This document shows positions 15,598 to 25,391 of a DNA stretch of 32,000 nucleotides, one piece after another; within the stretch, counting starts at the first letter, position 1, and each line of letters starts with the position of its first letter. The notes under the pieces are model-generated. The model had not been told where the DNA came from, made no database searches, and saw nothing but the letters and a program-made list of their open reading frames with translations. The stretch spans positions 2,580,001-2,612,000 of the forward strand of contig NC_016803.1 in assembly GCF_000189295.2 (NCBI RefSeq). Direction: 5' to 3'. This DNA is from Pseudodesulfovibrio mercurii. GTDB lineage: Bacteria; Desulfobacterota; Desulfovibrionia; Desulfovibrionales; Desulfovibrionaceae. A program made the position numbers and the translations under genes.

Positions 15598-17067
15598 CTA
15601 ATGGGACAGGGGGAAGAAAAGGGAGACGGCGAATCCGTGCGGCGACCGGTTGGCGAATTCCAGGCGCCCTCCGCAGATTTCCATGCACTGCTTGACGATC
15701 GACAGGCCCAGGCCGGAACCGCCGGGATAATCGGCGGCGCCCTCTCCCCGGAAAAAAGGCTCCGTGAGATGCGCCAGTTCAGTGGGGGGCACGCCCGGTC
15801 CGTTATCCTCGACACTGACGAGGACCTCGTCCACCAGGCATTGCACCCGGATCGTGATGACGCCCTGTTCGGCGGCGTAGCGGATGGCGTTGCGTAGGGC
15901 GTTGCCCACCATGCGGCGCAGGCACTCCAGATCGGTGCGGATGTAAAACTCCTGCTCCGGACGTTCAAACTCGATGTCCGCGCTTTGCCCTTCCAGCGCT
16001 ATGATCTCATTGATCGTATGATACAACGGAACGATCTCGATGCGCGGTTGGCCGGGGAGACCCTCGGAGCGCAGATACCCGAGGACGTCCTCCACCAGGA
16101 CGGCGATCTCCTCGACGTCCCGGCTGATCTTGCGTGCGCGGTTCGCGAAATCGCCGTCCAGGCGTTCCTCCAGCACGGCGAGGCCGAATTTCGTCCTGGC
16201 AATGGGCGAGCCCAGTTCGTGGGCGATTTGACGGATGAAGCGACGCTGCCGGAACATCTGCTGCATCAGCTGATTGGACATGCTGTCCACGGCGTCGGCC
16301 AGGCGTCTGATTTCGTCCTTGCGGCCCAGGGACGGGAGATAGTCGTCCTTGCGCTTCTCGGTCAGCACGTACTCCCCGGCCGCTATGCGCTCCGCCTTTT
16401 CCGTGACCTGGCCGATGGGTTTGGCCAGATGCCACACGAACGGCCACCACCAGAGAAAGCACAGGCCCAGCACGACCACCATGGTGACCAGTACACCGTA
16501 CATGTTGAAGTACAACCCGTGCCCGGAAAAGGACGTGGAGGAGGAGATCAACAGGACATAGTGCAGCTTGTGGTTCTCGTCGGGAACGAAGACCGGCCTG
16601 CCATACCAGTAGCGGGTCGGGTCGCCCGCACGAAGATAGATCGCGTTCTGCATGGGGAGGAATCCGCTTTCCGCTTCCAGCACGGCGTTGATGTCCTGCC
16701 GTTCCGAACTTCCGGGCTCCGCGCAGAAGGAGACCTGCGGCTTGGGCATCTTGCTCGCCTCGGCCATGACCGTGTCCGGGATGGCGCCGTGGGTGGGAAT
16801 GTGCCCCATGTCGTCCAGGGCCTGCACATGGAAGCGGATATCGTAGGATTCGCTGTAGCGGTCGAGCACCTTCTGCCAGTCATAAATCGGCTTGTACTGG
16901 AGATTGGCGGCCACAACCTGCATGACGGAGTTGATGCCGCCGCGGAACAGGACTTGGGCGTAGGCCCCGTTGCTGCCGATCAGCAGCCAGCTGCCGCCGA
17001 GCACGACAACCCCCAGCCAGACGAGGTTCAGCACCGACCAGATCATGAATTTTGTGTATAAGCGCAT
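15598..17067 (-). CDS. sensor histidine kinase (2 TM, periplasmic sensor domain, HAMP, HisKA, HATPase_c)
   Basis: 489-aa ORF. TM1 is MIWSVLNLVWLGVVVLGGSWLLI, followed by ~150 aa of periplasmic sequence and TM2 VLVTMVVVLGLCFLWWWPFVW. The H-box is FIRQIAHELGSPIAR, the N-box is VGNALRNAIRYA, and the G-boxes are DNGPGVP and GGSGLGLSIV. Confidence 0.9.
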   Translation of the reverse strand: MRLYTKFMIWSVLNLVWLGVVVLGGSWLLIGSNGAYAQVLFRGGINSVMQVVAANLQYKPIYDWQKVLDRYSESYDIRFHVQALDDMGHIPTHGAIPDTVMAEASKMPKPQVSFCAEPGSSERQDINAVLEAESGFLPMQNAIYLRAGDPTRYWYGRPVFVPDENHKLHYVLLISSSTSFSGHGLYFNMYGVLVTMVVVLGLCFLWWWPFVWHLAKPIGQVTEKAERIAAGEYVLTEKRKDDYLPSLGRKDEIRRLADAVDSMSNQLMQQMFRQRRFIRQIAHELGSPIARTKFGLAVLEERLDGDFANRARKISRDVEEIAVLVEDVLGYLRSEGLPGQPRIEIVPLYHTINEIIALEGQSADIEFERPEQEFYIRTDLECLRRMVGNALRNAIRYAAEQGVITIRVQCLVDEVLVSVEDNGPGVPPTELAHLTEPFFRGEGAADYPGGSGLGLSIVKQCMEICGGRLEFANRSPHGFAVSLFFPLSH

Positions 17068-17098
17068 GCCGTTTCCCTGTAGCCAATGAATCCTGTCG

Positions 17099-17821
17099 CT
17101 ATTTCATGAACATGTAGCCGCTCCCTCGAACGGTGCGCAGGTAGGAGGGCGTGCGTGGAGAGTCCCCCAGCTTGCGCCGAAGGGAGGAAATGTGCATGTC
17201 CACGGAGCGGTCAAAGATGCAGTATTCCCTGCCGAAGATATCGGAAATAAGCTGATCGCGGGAAAAGACCCGCCCCGGGTGCGAGGCCATCCTGTACAGG
17301 AGCTGGAATTCGATGGTGCTCAGGTCAAGCGTCTTGCCGTTCAGGTCGGCCTGCATTCGGGTGCTGTCGAGCATCAGGCCGTGTATGACAACGGTCTCGC
17401 CGTCGCAGGATTCTTCCTCGACCATGTCTTCCGCGCTGGTCCGGCTGCGGCGCAGCACCGCGCGCAGGCGCGCCAACAGTTCCCGTGGGGCGAAGGTCTT
17501 GGGCACATAATCGTCGGCGCCCATCTCCAATCCCACGATCTTGTCGCTGACGTCCGTCTGGGCCGAGATGATTATCACCGGCAGCTTGGGAGCCTTGGCG
17601 CGGAGCTGTTTGAGAATCGTGAGGCCGTCGATGTCCGGCAGCATCATGTCTAGGAGGATGGCGTCGAACGCGCTGGACAGCGCCATCTGCAGCCCGTCGT
17701 TGCCGTCCAGGGCATACTGGACCTCCAGACCGTAGGCCCCCATGAAATCGCTGACGACCCCGCACAGGTTCTCGTCGTCATCGATCATCAACACATGGTA
17801 TGTATTGTTTTCGGCTTCCAT
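17099..17821 (-). CDS. OmpR/PhoB-family response regulator
   Basis: Lies within ORF 17099..17905; the preferred start is ATG 17821 (MEAENNTYHVLMIDDDENL). The receiver domain has the phospho-acceptor context ILLDMMLPDIDG. The winged-helix output reads LDLSTIEFQLLYRMASHPGRVFSRDQL...YLRTVRGSGYMF. Confidence 0.9.
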   Translation of the reverse strand: MEAENNTYHVLMIDDDENLCGVVSDFMGAYGLEVQYALDGNDGLQMALSSAFDAILLDMMLPDIDGLTILKQLRAKAPKLPVIIISAQTDVSDKIVGLEMGADDYVPKTFAPRELLARLRAVLRRSRTSAEDMVEEESCDGETVVIHGLMLDSTRMQADLNGKTLDLSTIEFQLLYRMASHPGRVFSRDQLISDIFGREYCIFDRSVDMHISSLRRKLGDSPRTPSYLRTVRGSGYMFMK

Positions 17822-17905
17822 GCTTCTCCCCTCGCAGGGCAAGATATCAACCTGTGAAATAATCTCGTTCCATTGAATGGCTTTCCTCAATGGTTCGATG
17901 CGCAA

Positions 17906-18187
17906 TCACCCCTGAAGACACAACGGGCGTTGCCCACCGCCACCCCTGGCGAACTCCCCCTCGCCCGGACGGAGATTCCCGCCGGCGAAGCCCGCCCATA
18001 TCGTCGCCATCCGGCCGGGACGGTGAATATCCCGTTTGCCGCCCGGATAGTCCCGCATATCCCAATACTTTCCTACCGGCAACTCCCGGTCCCACCCCGA
18101 AAGTTGAATCAACGACCTGTTGGAGCCGAACGATCCGAGGTTGAAACGGTTGCGCGCCGCAACCGGGGCAAGCTGTTCGCCTTTCAC
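17906..18187 (-). CDS. hypothetical protein or gene fragment (weak)
   Basis: 93-codon ORF with a GTG start, GC-rich third positions and no recognisable motif (…GKYWDMRDYPGGKRDIHRPGRMATIWAGF…). It could be a remnant at the edge of the mobile patch. Confidence 0.25.
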   Translation of the reverse strand: MKGEQLAPVAARNRFNLGSFGSNRSLIQLSGWDRELPVGKYWDMRDYPGGKRDIHRPGRMATIWAGFAGGNLRPGEGEFARGGGGQRPLCLQG

Positions 18188-18766
18188 GGTATCCCTCGCT
18201 TGGCCGCGAGTTAGTCAGCGGTAACGCGGGAAACTCGGCGGGAGGGGGAAAACCCCTCCGCCGAACCTTGCGCGGCGATTTCCCGGGGTGATACGACAGG
18301 GCATAACCAGTCCGGTTGAGTAACTAGAAGGAGGTAAATCGCACCCAAGGCGCGTTCATAAGTTTTGACGACAGTCTAAACTGATGAACGCTTAAACAGG
18401 CACTAACATGCCGTAACACCTAACATTTCGCTGCCGTGCATTTCCAAACGGCACGCTTTCACATCCAAACGCCAGGCTGAAACACAGCACCCCCGCCGGA
18501 CAAACGACAGGTATCTAGAAATCTGCCGTTGTCGAAATTCCCCCACGGCCACCGCTTTATGCGCAGGACGAATGAGCCTGCGTGGTGGCACCCCTTATTA
18601 AATGGATTCCTGAATTTTCCTTCAGTGGGAAACGGACATTGATTTGTCCCGTGTCGGTTGTTGTGTGGCGCGTTCGTGCCATAGGCAGGTCATTTCCCGG
18701 CAAACGGGGAAGGTCCGACCTGCTTTGTCCCGGGGCACTGCCCCGAACTTCAGGAAGGATAATTCC

Positions 18767-19726
18767 ATGACAAAATCCATCAGTCTGGTACTGGGCGCGA
18801 ACAGGGCAACTTTGTCCGGCCCGCGCTCGAAGCAACACAGAATCCGGCAGAACGCCAAGGCCTTCGCAGGCCGGTTGCGCGAAGCCGGATTTGGGGTCCG
18901 CAAATGGACCAACATTTCCAACAAGCATTTTGCGGCGGTAGCGCGGCAAATGAAAGGCCAAGGCGTGGGTGACGGGCGTATCGCCGAAATCTTTTCGGCA
19001 GCCCGTCACCTGTGCCGAGCCTACGGGAATACCTGCATCAGCCCGACCAACGGCGTGTTCGACGTCCGGCGGGGCAGCATTGCCAACGCCAACAGCAAGG
19101 CGGTTGCCCCTGAATTCGTCTTGGGGGCAATCGCCAAACTGGAAACCGAATCGTCATACGAGCACGGTCCTCGTTGCGCCGCCCAGATCCGGCTTCAGTA
19201 CGAACTGGGGCTCCGGCGCGAAGAGTCGGCAAAAGTCGATCTGATCAACGATTGGGACAAGGAAGGCAGCACCCTTTACATCCGGTATGGTCCGAAGGGT
19301 GGGCGCCCCCGGACGCTGCACAATCTGTCCGATCGGCAGCAGGAAGCTCTTGAGCGAGCTCTGCCATACGTAAGTCAATCCGACAGGCCGGGGATTCATA
19401 ATCTCATGCCGAGCGGGATGGGCGGCAAATGGCAGGAAAAGCTGTCCTACGCGGCCAGGCTTTGCGGCTTCACCAAGAAGGAAAGCGGGTGGACGCTGCA
19501 CAGCAACCGTCATGAACGGTTCCATCGTATGTATGTCGCGCACACGGGCTTTCAGCCGCCCAACCAGCACGAATCCCTGGCGGCCTTCCAGAAGGCCGCG
19601 CGGGACACCGCTGGGGACGAATGGTCCCGGCTCGACGCCGAAGCCCGGGATGAAATAGAAGTCTCTGCCGGCCATTCCCCTGGCCGCCGTGATGTGTCCG
19701 ATGCCTACCTTGGCCGTTCCCGTTAG
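18767..19726 (+). CDS. integrase-domain protein (atypical tyrosine recombinase, plasmid/phage Integrase_1-like)
   Basis: Lies within ORF 18644..19726, with ATG 18767 after AGGAAGGA. RLQYELGLRREESAKV (Arg I), IRYGPKGGRPR, HSNRHERFHRMY (H-x-x-R) and AGHSPGRRDVSDAYLG (terminal Tyr) follow the tyrosine-recombinase catalytic order. Confidence 0.65.
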   Translation: MTKSISLVLGANRATLSGPRSKQHRIRQNAKAFAGRLREAGFGVRKWTNISNKHFAAVARQMKGQGVGDGRIAEIFSAARHLCRAYGNTCISPTNGVFDVRRGSIANANSKAVAPEFVLGAIAKLETESSYEHGPRCAAQIRLQYELGLRREESAKVDLINDWDKEGSTLYIRYGPKGGRPRTLHNLSDRQQEALERALPYVSQSDRPGIHNLMPSGMGGKWQEKLSYAARLCGFTKKESGWTLHSNRHERFHRMYVAHTGFQPPNQHESLAAFQKAARDTAGDEWSRLDAEARDEIEVSAGHSPGRRDVSDAYLGRSR

Positions 19727-19728
19727 AA

Positions 19729-19762
19729 GAAGCCCCGCCCTTTTCGGTGGGGCTTCCTTTTG
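19729..19762 (+). terminator. Rho-independent terminator
   Basis: gaagccccgcc (19729-19739) pairs with ggtggggcttc (19746-19756) with one G:U. The stem is followed by cttttggg and sits 3 nt after the TAG of the recombinase gene. Confidence 0.65.
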
Positions 19763-19769
19763 GGCATGA

Positions 19770-19815
19770 GGTTGCCAGGAGATGAATCGTTCACGCGATT
19801 CATCTCCTGGCAACC
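19770..19815. repeat. perfect 20-bp inverted repeat (palindrome) between the two recombinase genes
   Basis: ggttgccaggagatgaatcg (19770-19789), a 6-nt loop ttcacg, then cgattcatctcctggcaacc (19796-19815). The arms are exact reverse complements. Confidence 0.85.
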
Positions 19816-20016
19816 GTCCTCCCCGCCCGTCGGCTTGTGGCCGATGGGCAGGGAGGACTTTCGCTCCCTGATGAGCGACTCGTCGAAAAAAATGAAAATA
19901 CCCTATCCCGATTCCTTGAGTTCAAAGGTGCCGGTGTGATCAGACTGAAGGGTTGGCCGAGTTGGCGGGCGGTTCGGAGGCCGCCCGAGGGGGACCGAAG
20001 ACAATCCGGAAGGTAC

Positions 20017-20352
20017 ATGGCTTTTGACACCAAACTGAAGACCCGCGTATTATGCGCCCAGGACGTTGCCGCGTTCCTGGGCAAAAGCGTGGACTGGGTC
20101 TACGACCATGCCGAAGACGTCGGCGGCGTCAAACGTGGTGGGTCATGGTTCTTTCCGAACGAGGAAGATATCTATGACCGTCTATTTCAAGGCCGGGAAA
20201 GGGTACCGGTACGACTTCATGGTAAAGGGCAAGCGCTACACCAAGGCGTGGTTCAAGGGGAAACAGGCCGCGAAAACGGCCGAAGTCAAAAGAAGGGAGG
20301 ACGTCGAAAAGAAACAGGAACTGGAAGCGACGGGCGACATGGCCTTGCTTGA
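20017..20352 (+). CDS. excisionase/AlpA-like small DNA-binding protein (extent uncertain)
   Basis: Internal ATG 20017 of ORF 19837..20352. MAFDTKLKTRVLCAQDVAAFLGKSVDWVYDHAEDVGGVKRGGSWFFPNEEDI resembles Xis/MerR-type HTH excisionases. The frame overlaps the integrase start by ~180 nt, so the functional C-terminus is unclear. Confidence 0.4.
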   Translation: MAFDTKLKTRVLCAQDVAAFLGKSVDWVYDHAEDVGGVKRGGSWFFPNEEDIYDRLFQGRERVPVRLHGKGQALHQGVVQGETGRENGRSQKKGGRRKETGTGSDGRHGLA

Positions 20353-21253
20353 TCTGCTCAACCTGCGGCTGGATTACCTGCTGGACCGTGCGTACTCGGA
20401 GTCCCACTACAAGAAGACCAAGCTCGCGGCCCAGCGGCTGCTGGACTACTTCGGCAAGGTGCCGTGTTCCGTAATTACCCGCCTGAAGGCCGACGAATTC
20501 TTGATGGCCGTGGTCAGGGAACGTACCCCGGTCGCTGGCAACAACGACCTCAAGGTGCTCCGGGCGGCGTTCTCCTGGGGCATGAAGCGGGGCCAGCGGT
20601 TCATTCAGGACAACCCCTTCGCGGGGTTGGAAACGTTCCCCAGCGACAAGCCCAGCGAACGGAAGAAGACCCCCAGGATCGACGAACTGGACCGGATGAT
20701 CGAAGCGGCTCAGCCGAAGCACCGCCCCTATTTGTGGGTGCTCCGGGAAACCATGGCGCGGAGCATCGAGGTCCACCGGCTCACCTGGAATCGGGTCAAC
20801 TTTGAAGAACGGTACGTCGAGCTGGAAACGCGCAAGAACAAGAACCGGGAACCGGTGCTGCGCCGGGTGCCGATGACGGACAAGCTGTACGAAGTCCTCT
20901 CAAACCTGTACGCGACCCACGCCCCCAAAAAGGAATGGGTGTTCTGGACTAGGAGCTACAACGCCAAGACCGGCATGATGGAAGAAGGTCCCTATAGGCG
21001 GGGCCGGTATTCCATGCTCCAAAAGATCTGCCGGGATGCGGGAGTGGATTACTACACCTTCCACCGCTTCCGGGCATCGGGCGCATCCGTGATGGACAAC
21101 AGCGGGGCCTTGCTCCCTGGCATCCAGCGCATCCTTGGCCACGCGGACCGGCGGAGCACGGAAATCTATCTGGAAAAACTCCGTGACGTGGAACGCGACG
21201 CCATGGACGTTTACGAAAGGGAAAGCCGCAAGGATGATGACAAGGTTGCCTGA
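20174..21253 (+). CDS. site-specific tyrosine integrase (phage-integrase family)
   Basis: Lies within ORF 20066..21253, with ATG 20174 after GAGGAAG. The N-terminus MTVYFKAGKGYRYDFMVKGKRYTK is typical, followed by a SAM-like core-binding region. The catalytic residues appear in order: RETMARSIEV (R), HRFRASGAS (H-x-x-R), LGHADRRSTEIYL (H...Y). Confidence 0.85.
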   Translation: MTVYFKAGKGYRYDFMVKGKRYTKAWFKGKQAAKTAEVKRREDVEKKQELEATGDMALLDLLNLRLDYLLDRAYSESHYKKTKLAAQRLLDYFGKVPCSVITRLKADEFLMAVVRERTPVAGNNDLKVLRAAFSWGMKRGQRFIQDNPFAGLETFPSDKPSERKKTPRIDELDRMIEAAQPKHRPYLWVLRETMARSIEVHRLTWNRVNFEERYVELETRKNKNREPVLRRVPMTDKLYEVLSNLYATHAPKKEWVFWTRSYNAKTGMMEEGPYRRGRYSMLQKICRDAGVDYYTFHRFRASGASVMDNSGALLPGIQRILGHADRRSTEIYLEKLRDVERDAMDVYERESRKDDDKVA

Positions 21254-21365
21254 CAACTTCACACATGCGGTTCACACACGCTGACAAGGCGGCTTGCGGG
21301 TGTCCACCTGCAACCCGTTGAAAACCAAAAGAAAGACTGGATAGTCACACACGAAGAACGTGACT

Positions 21366-21456
21366 ATTCTCAAGGCCCTCGGCCTTGAGCTGGTGCAGGG
21401 CAGCGCCCTGCCCGTCGGAGACGCCGCCCGGCGAGGGCCCGCCGGAGGCATTCCCC
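21366..21456. repeat. intergenic repeat D, copy 1
   Basis: attctcaaggccctcggccttgagc ... gcgccctgcccgtcggagacgccgcccggcgagggc...attcccc. Its reverse complement recurs at 31351-31486. It contains 9-bp (ctcaaggcc/ggccttgag) and 7-bp (gcagggc/gccctgc) hairpins. Confidence 0.7.
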
Positions 21457-21466
21457 ACGCCACCCC

Positions 21467-22687
21467 TTACGCCAAGTCAATCACCTCACCCGTCTCCAGC
21501 GGGCCGACGTCGAGGTGTCGGGCCACGGTCTGGCCGACATCGGCGAAGGTGTCGCGCAGGCCTGCGCAGCCGGGCAGGACCGGGGGGCCGAACAGCAGGA
21601 CGGGCACGCATTCGCGGGTGTGGTCGGTGCCTTTCCAGGTGGGGTCGCAGCCGTGGTCGGCGGTGATGACGGCCAGGTCGCCGGGTCGCAGGCGGGGCAG
21701 GAAGCCGGTCAGGCGGGCGTCGAGGGCTTCGAGGGCGGCGGCGTACCCGGCGGTGTCGCGGCGGTGTCCCCATTCGGAATCGAACTCCACGAAGTTGGCG
21801 AAGACCAGGGAGCCGTCGGGCGCTTGATCGGCCTCGGTCTCGACGAGATCGAAGAGGGTGGCCGAGTCCGGGCCCTTGACGGCCCTGGTGACGCCGCGAC
21901 CGGCGAAGATGTCGCTGATCTTGCCCACGGAGATAACCTGGCGTCCGGCGTTCTTGAGCACGTCGAGCAGGGTGGGGGCGGGCGGTTCCAGGGCGTAGTC
22001 GTGGCGGTTGGGGGTGCGGGTGAAGTTGCCGGGCCGGCCGATGAACGGGCGGGCGATGACCCGGCCGATGTTGTAGCCGTCAAGGAGTTCGCGCACGAGT
22101 TTGCAGAGGTCGAGCAACCGGTCCAGGCCGAAGGTCTCCTCGTGGGCCGCGATCTGGAAGACCGAGTCCACGGAGGTGTAGCAGATGGGCATGTCGGTGG
22201 CCATGTGTTCGGCCCCGAGTTCCTTGATGATTTCCGTGCCCGAGGCGGCGCGGTTGCCGAGGATGCCGGGGAGGTGCGCCTGTTCGATGATGGCGTCGGT
22301 GAGGGCCTTGGGGAAGCTCGGAAAGTCGGGCGGGAAGTAGCCCCAGTCGAAGGTCACGGGCACCCCGGCCAGTTCCCAGTGGCCGCTGGGCGTGTCCTTG
22401 CCCCGGCTGATCTCGCGGGCGGCGGCGAACCGGCCGCGCAGGACCGGGGATTTGAGGCCCGGCGGGACGGTGCCGGTGACAAGCTGGGCGGCCAGCCCCA
22501 GGCCCAGGGAGGCCATGCAGGGCAGGTTGAGGGGGCCGGAGCGCAGGCCGTCGCGGTCGGCCTCGCCGCGCGCGCAGGCCTCGGCGATGTGGCCCAGGGT
22601 GTCGGCCCCGGCGTCGCCGTACTGGTCGGCGTCCGGTGCCCAGCCGATGCCCAGGGAGTCGAGGACCAGGATGAAGGCGCGCGGCAT
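21467..22687 (-). CDS. deoB: phosphopentomutase
   Basis: Lies within ORF 21467..22840. The start ATG 22687 overlaps the deoA stop (TGATG). The sequence [20 protein letters not shown]...[13 protein letters not shown]...[11 protein letters not shown] matches DeoB (alkaline-phosphatase superfamily metal ligands). Confidence 0.9.
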   Translation of the reverse strand: MPRAFILVLDSLGIGWAPDADQYGDAGADTLGHIAEACARGEADRDGLRSGPLNLPCMASLGLGLAAQLVTGTVPPGLKSPVLRGRFAAAREISRGKDTPSGHWELAGVPVTFDWGYFPPDFPSFPKALTDAIIEQAHLPGILGNRAASGTEIIKELGAEHMATDMPICYTSVDSVFQIAAHEETFGLDRLLDLCKLVRELLDGYNIGRVIARPFIGRPGNFTRTPNRHDYALEPPAPTLLDVLKNAGRQVISVGKISDIFAGRGVTRAVKGPDSATLFDLVETEADQAPDGSLVFANFVEFDSEWGHRRDTAGYAAALEALDARLTGFLPRLRPGDLAVITADHGCDPTWKGTDHTRECVPVLLFGPPVLPGCAGLRDTFADVGQTVARHLDVGPLETGEVIDLA

Positions 22688-24039
22688 CAGTTGGTCTCCT
22701 GTGCGGGTTCCTCGCGGGCGGTGATCCGGCGGCGGACGACCGGGCGCGGGGCCGGTGGCGCGTCGCTGATGGTCACGGCCCGGCGAATGCGTTCTGCGGC
22801 CATGTCGGCCTGTGCCGTGTCGCGGGCGTGGACCACGCACAGGGGGATGTCCGGGGCAACGGGATCGCCGATGCGGGCGAAGCCGGTCATGCCCACGCCG
22901 TGGTCGATGGCCTGGTCCGCGCGGGTGCGGCCGCCGCCCATGGCCACCAGGGTCATGCCCACGGCGCGGCTGTCCATGGCCGCGACGAAGCCGGTCCGGT
23001 TCGGGTACACGGGCCGCGCCACGGGCGGTTTCGGCAAGTAAACGTCCGTCCGCTCCAGGATATCCCTTGGCCCGCCCAGCCCGGCGACCATGCGGCCGAA
23101 CCGCTCGGCGGCCGCGCCGCTGGCCAGGGCCTGTTCCATCCTGCGCGCGGCCGCGTCCGGGTCCGCAACGACTCCCGCCAGGACGAGCATCTCGCCGGTC
23201 AGGGCCAGGGTGACCTCGGCCAGGCGGGGTTCGCGCCGGACGCCGGTCAGGAAGTCCACGGCCTCGCGGACCTCCACGGCGTTGCCCACACAGTCGCCCA
23301 GGACCTCGTTCATGTCCGTGAGCAGGGCCGTGGTGGGCACGCCAGCGCCCGTGGCCACGGTGACGATGGACTCGGCCAGGGCGCAGGCGTCCGCGAAATC
23401 TTCCATGAACGCGCCGGAGCCGAATTTCACGTCCATGACCAGCCCCTGGAGCCCGGCAGCCAGCTTCTTGGACAGGATGGAGGCGGTGATCAGGTCCACG
23501 GACTCCACCGTGGCGGTCACGTCGCGCACGGCGTACAGCCGCCGGTCGGCCGGGGCCAGGTCCGTTGTCTGGCCGATGATGGCGCAGCCCGCCTCGCGGA
23601 CCACGCGCGCGAAGGTCTCCAGGTCCGGGGCGGTGTCGTAGCCCGGAATGGCGTCGAACTTGTCCAGGGTGCCGCCCGTGTGCCCCAGGCCGCGTCCGGA
23701 GATCATGGGCACGAACGCGCCGCAGGCCGCCGCCAGGGGGCCGAGAATCAGGCTGACCTTGTCGCCCACGCCGCCGGTCGAATGCTTGTCCACCACGCCG
23801 CGCTCAAGGCCCATGCCCGGCCAGTCCAGGACCCGGCCCGAGTCGCGCATGGCCTCGGTCAGGTCGATGCGCTCGCGCAGGGTCATGCCGCGAAAAAAGA
23901 CCGCCATGGCGAACGCCGCCACCTGGCCCTCGCTGGCCGAACCGTCCGTGATGCCCCGGACCATGGCCCGGATGTCGGCCCGGTCGAGCGCCAAGCCGTC
24001 CCGCTTCCTGCGAATGATCTCCTGCGGTATGAACGTCAT
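22687..24039 (-). CDS. deoA: thymidine (pyrimidine-nucleoside) phosphorylase
   Basis: Lies within ORF 22687..24138, with ATG 24039. The sequence [19 protein letters not shown]...[14 protein letters not shown]...[16 protein letters not shown] carries classic DeoA motifs. Confidence 0.9.
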   Translation of the reverse strand: MTFIPQEIIRRKRDGLALDRADIRAMVRGITDGSASEGQVAAFAMAVFFRGMTLRERIDLTEAMRDSGRVLDWPGMGLERGVVDKHSTGGVGDKVSLILGPLAAACGAFVPMISGRGLGHTGGTLDKFDAIPGYDTAPDLETFARVVREAGCAIIGQTTDLAPADRRLYAVRDVTATVESVDLITASILSKKLAAGLQGLVMDVKFGSGAFMEDFADACALAESIVTVATGAGVPTTALLTDMNEVLGDCVGNAVEVREAVDFLTGVRREPRLAEVTLALTGEMLVLAGVVADPDAAARRMEQALASGAAAERFGRMVAGLGGPRDILERTDVYLPKPPVARPVYPNRTGFVAAMDSRAVGMTLVAMGGGRTRADQAIDHGVGMTGFARIGDPVAPDIPLCVVHARDTAQADMAAERIRRAVTISDAPPAPRPVVRRRITAREEPAQETN

Positions 24040-24050
24040 GTGTGGTGCCT

Positions 24051-24165
24051 CCGGCGGCCGGGGGAAGGGGAGGAAAAACCCTTTGAAAAGGGTTGGTTCC
24101 TCCCCTTCCTCCGGACCCCCATCCCCTCCTTTTTCCAAACTTTTTATTGCCGCTTGGCGGGGTGC
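24051..24165. repeat. intergenic palindromic repeat, copy B (module 1 only), inside the deoC-deoA spacer
   Basis: ccggcggccgggggaaggggaggaaaaaccctttgaaaagggttggttcctccccttcctccggacccccatcccctcctttttccaaactttttattgccgcttggcggggtg forms a long imperfect hairpin. It matches copy A (5872-5945) and the outer parts of copy C in reverse complement. Confidence 0.75.
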
Positions 24166-24192
24166 GTGGGTGGGGGATTGTGGTTTGCTCGG

Positions 24193-24984
24193 TTAGAGGC
24201 CGAGGTGGTTTTTTACGTCGTTGAGCAGGCCGGATGCCCCGAAGCGCAGGGTTTGGGGGGTGGCCCAGCCTTCGCCCATGATCTTGTCCGCGAGATAGAG
24301 GTAGCCCGCCGCGTCGGCCACGGTCCGGAGGCCGCCGGACGGCTTGAAGCCCAGGGGACGCCCGACCTCGGGGGTCATCTCGCGGATGGTCTCGAGCATG
24401 ACCGCGGCCGCCTCCAGGGTGGCCCCGCCCGGCACCTTGCCCGTGGACGTCTTGATGAAGTCCGCGCCCGCCTCGATGGCGTCCCGCCCGGCCTCGGCGA
24501 TGATCTTCAGCGACTGCAACTGGCTCGTCTCCAGGATGACCTTGAGCAGGACCGTCTCGCCGCAGACCTCGCGCACCTGGTGGAGCAGGGCGATGGCCTG
24601 GTCCCGGCCCCCCGCCTTGTATCGCTTGTAGGGCAGGACCACGTCCACCTCCTGGGCCCCGGCCGCCACCTGGGCCCGCGCCTCGGCCACGGCCTTGGCC
24701 GCGTCCGCCCCGCCGTGGGGGAAGTTGCAGACCGTGGCCACGCGCACCCCGGTCCCCTTCAGCTCATTCAGGGCCAGGGGCACGAATTTGTCGTATATGC
24801 AGACCGCCGCCACGTGGCCCCTGGGCGTGACCGCGTGCGAGCACAGGTCGCGGATCTTCTCGTCCGTGTCGTCCTCGCCCAGCGAGGTCAGGTCCATGGA
24901 GACCAGGGCGCGCAGGGCGTATCGCTCGTCGGCCCGGACCCGTCCGGCCTCGGCCGTCAATGTCTTCATCAAATCTTCGTTCAT
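24193..24984 (-). CDS. deoC: deoxyribose-phosphate aldolase
   Basis: C-terminal part of the composite ORF 24193..26355. The start ATG 24984 overlaps the cdd TGA (ATGA). The sequence MNEDLMKTLTAEAG...MDLTSLGEDDT...DFIKTSTGKV (Schiff-base Lys context) matches long-form DeoC. Confidence 0.9.
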   Translation of the reverse strand: MNEDLMKTLTAEAGRVRADERYALRALVSMDLTSLGEDDTDEKIRDLCSHAVTPRGHVAAVCIYDKFVPLALNELKGTGVRVATVCNFPHGGADAAKAVAEARAQVAAGAQEVDVVLPYKRYKAGGRDQAIALLHQVREVCGETVLLKVILETSQLQSLKIIAEAGRDAIEAGADFIKTSTGKVPGGATLEAAAVMLETIREMTPEVGRPLGFKPSGGLRTVADAAGYLYLADKIMGEGWATPQTLRFGASGLLNDVKNHLGL

Positions 24985-25391
24985 GATTTCCGTGGGTTGA
25001 GGTTTTCCGGCCCGAAGGACTCGGGCAGCAGGTCGTCCAGGGTCATGGTCAGCAGCACGCCGCGTTCGTTGCAGGCGTGGACCAGCGCGTCCGGCCCGGC
25101 GAACTCGCGGATGCGCTGGCGGCAGCCGCCGCACGGGGTGCACGGCGCGTCGGTCGGCCCGACCACCACCAGTTCGCGGATGGTCCGGCCCCCGCCCAGG
25201 ACCATGGCGGCTATGGCCGACTGTTCGGCGCAGTTGCCCAGCGGGTAGGCCGCGTTCTCCACGTTGCAGCCGGTGAAGACCTCGCCCGCGTCCGTGACCA
25301 GGGCCGCGCCCACCGGGTGGTTGGAGTAGGGGGCGTAGGCGCGGTCGCGCGCCCGGACCGCCAGCCGGATGAGTTCCTCGATGTCGGGCAT
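24981..25391 (-). CDS. cdd: cytidine deaminase
   Basis: 136-aa ORF. The zinc-binding motifs are CAEQSAI and PCGGCRQ, and the N-terminal region reads AYAPYSNHPVGAAL. Confidence 0.9.
   Translation of the reverse strand: MPDIEELIRLAVRARDRAYAPYSNHPVGAALVTDAGEVFTGCNVENAAYPLGNCAEQSAIAAMVLGGGRTIRELVVVGPTDAPCTPCGGCRQRIREFAGPDALVHACNERGVLLTMTLDDLLPESFGPENLNPRKS

Larger units (their letters stand above)
17906..21300. mobile_element. small integrative-element-like patch (two tyrosine recombinases + Xis-like gene); boundaries not defined
   Basis: GC is visibly lower at 18.3-18.75 kb. Two recombinase genes and an excisionase-like gene are wedged between a two-component system and the deo operon. I could not identify flanking direct repeats by eye. 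Confidence 0.45.

Noticed and set aside
19837-20016. Upstream extension of the Xis-like ORF (start at 19837)
   Set aside because: The extension runs through the palindrome and terminator region. The HTH-like sequence begins at ATG 20017, which has a GGAAGG RBS.
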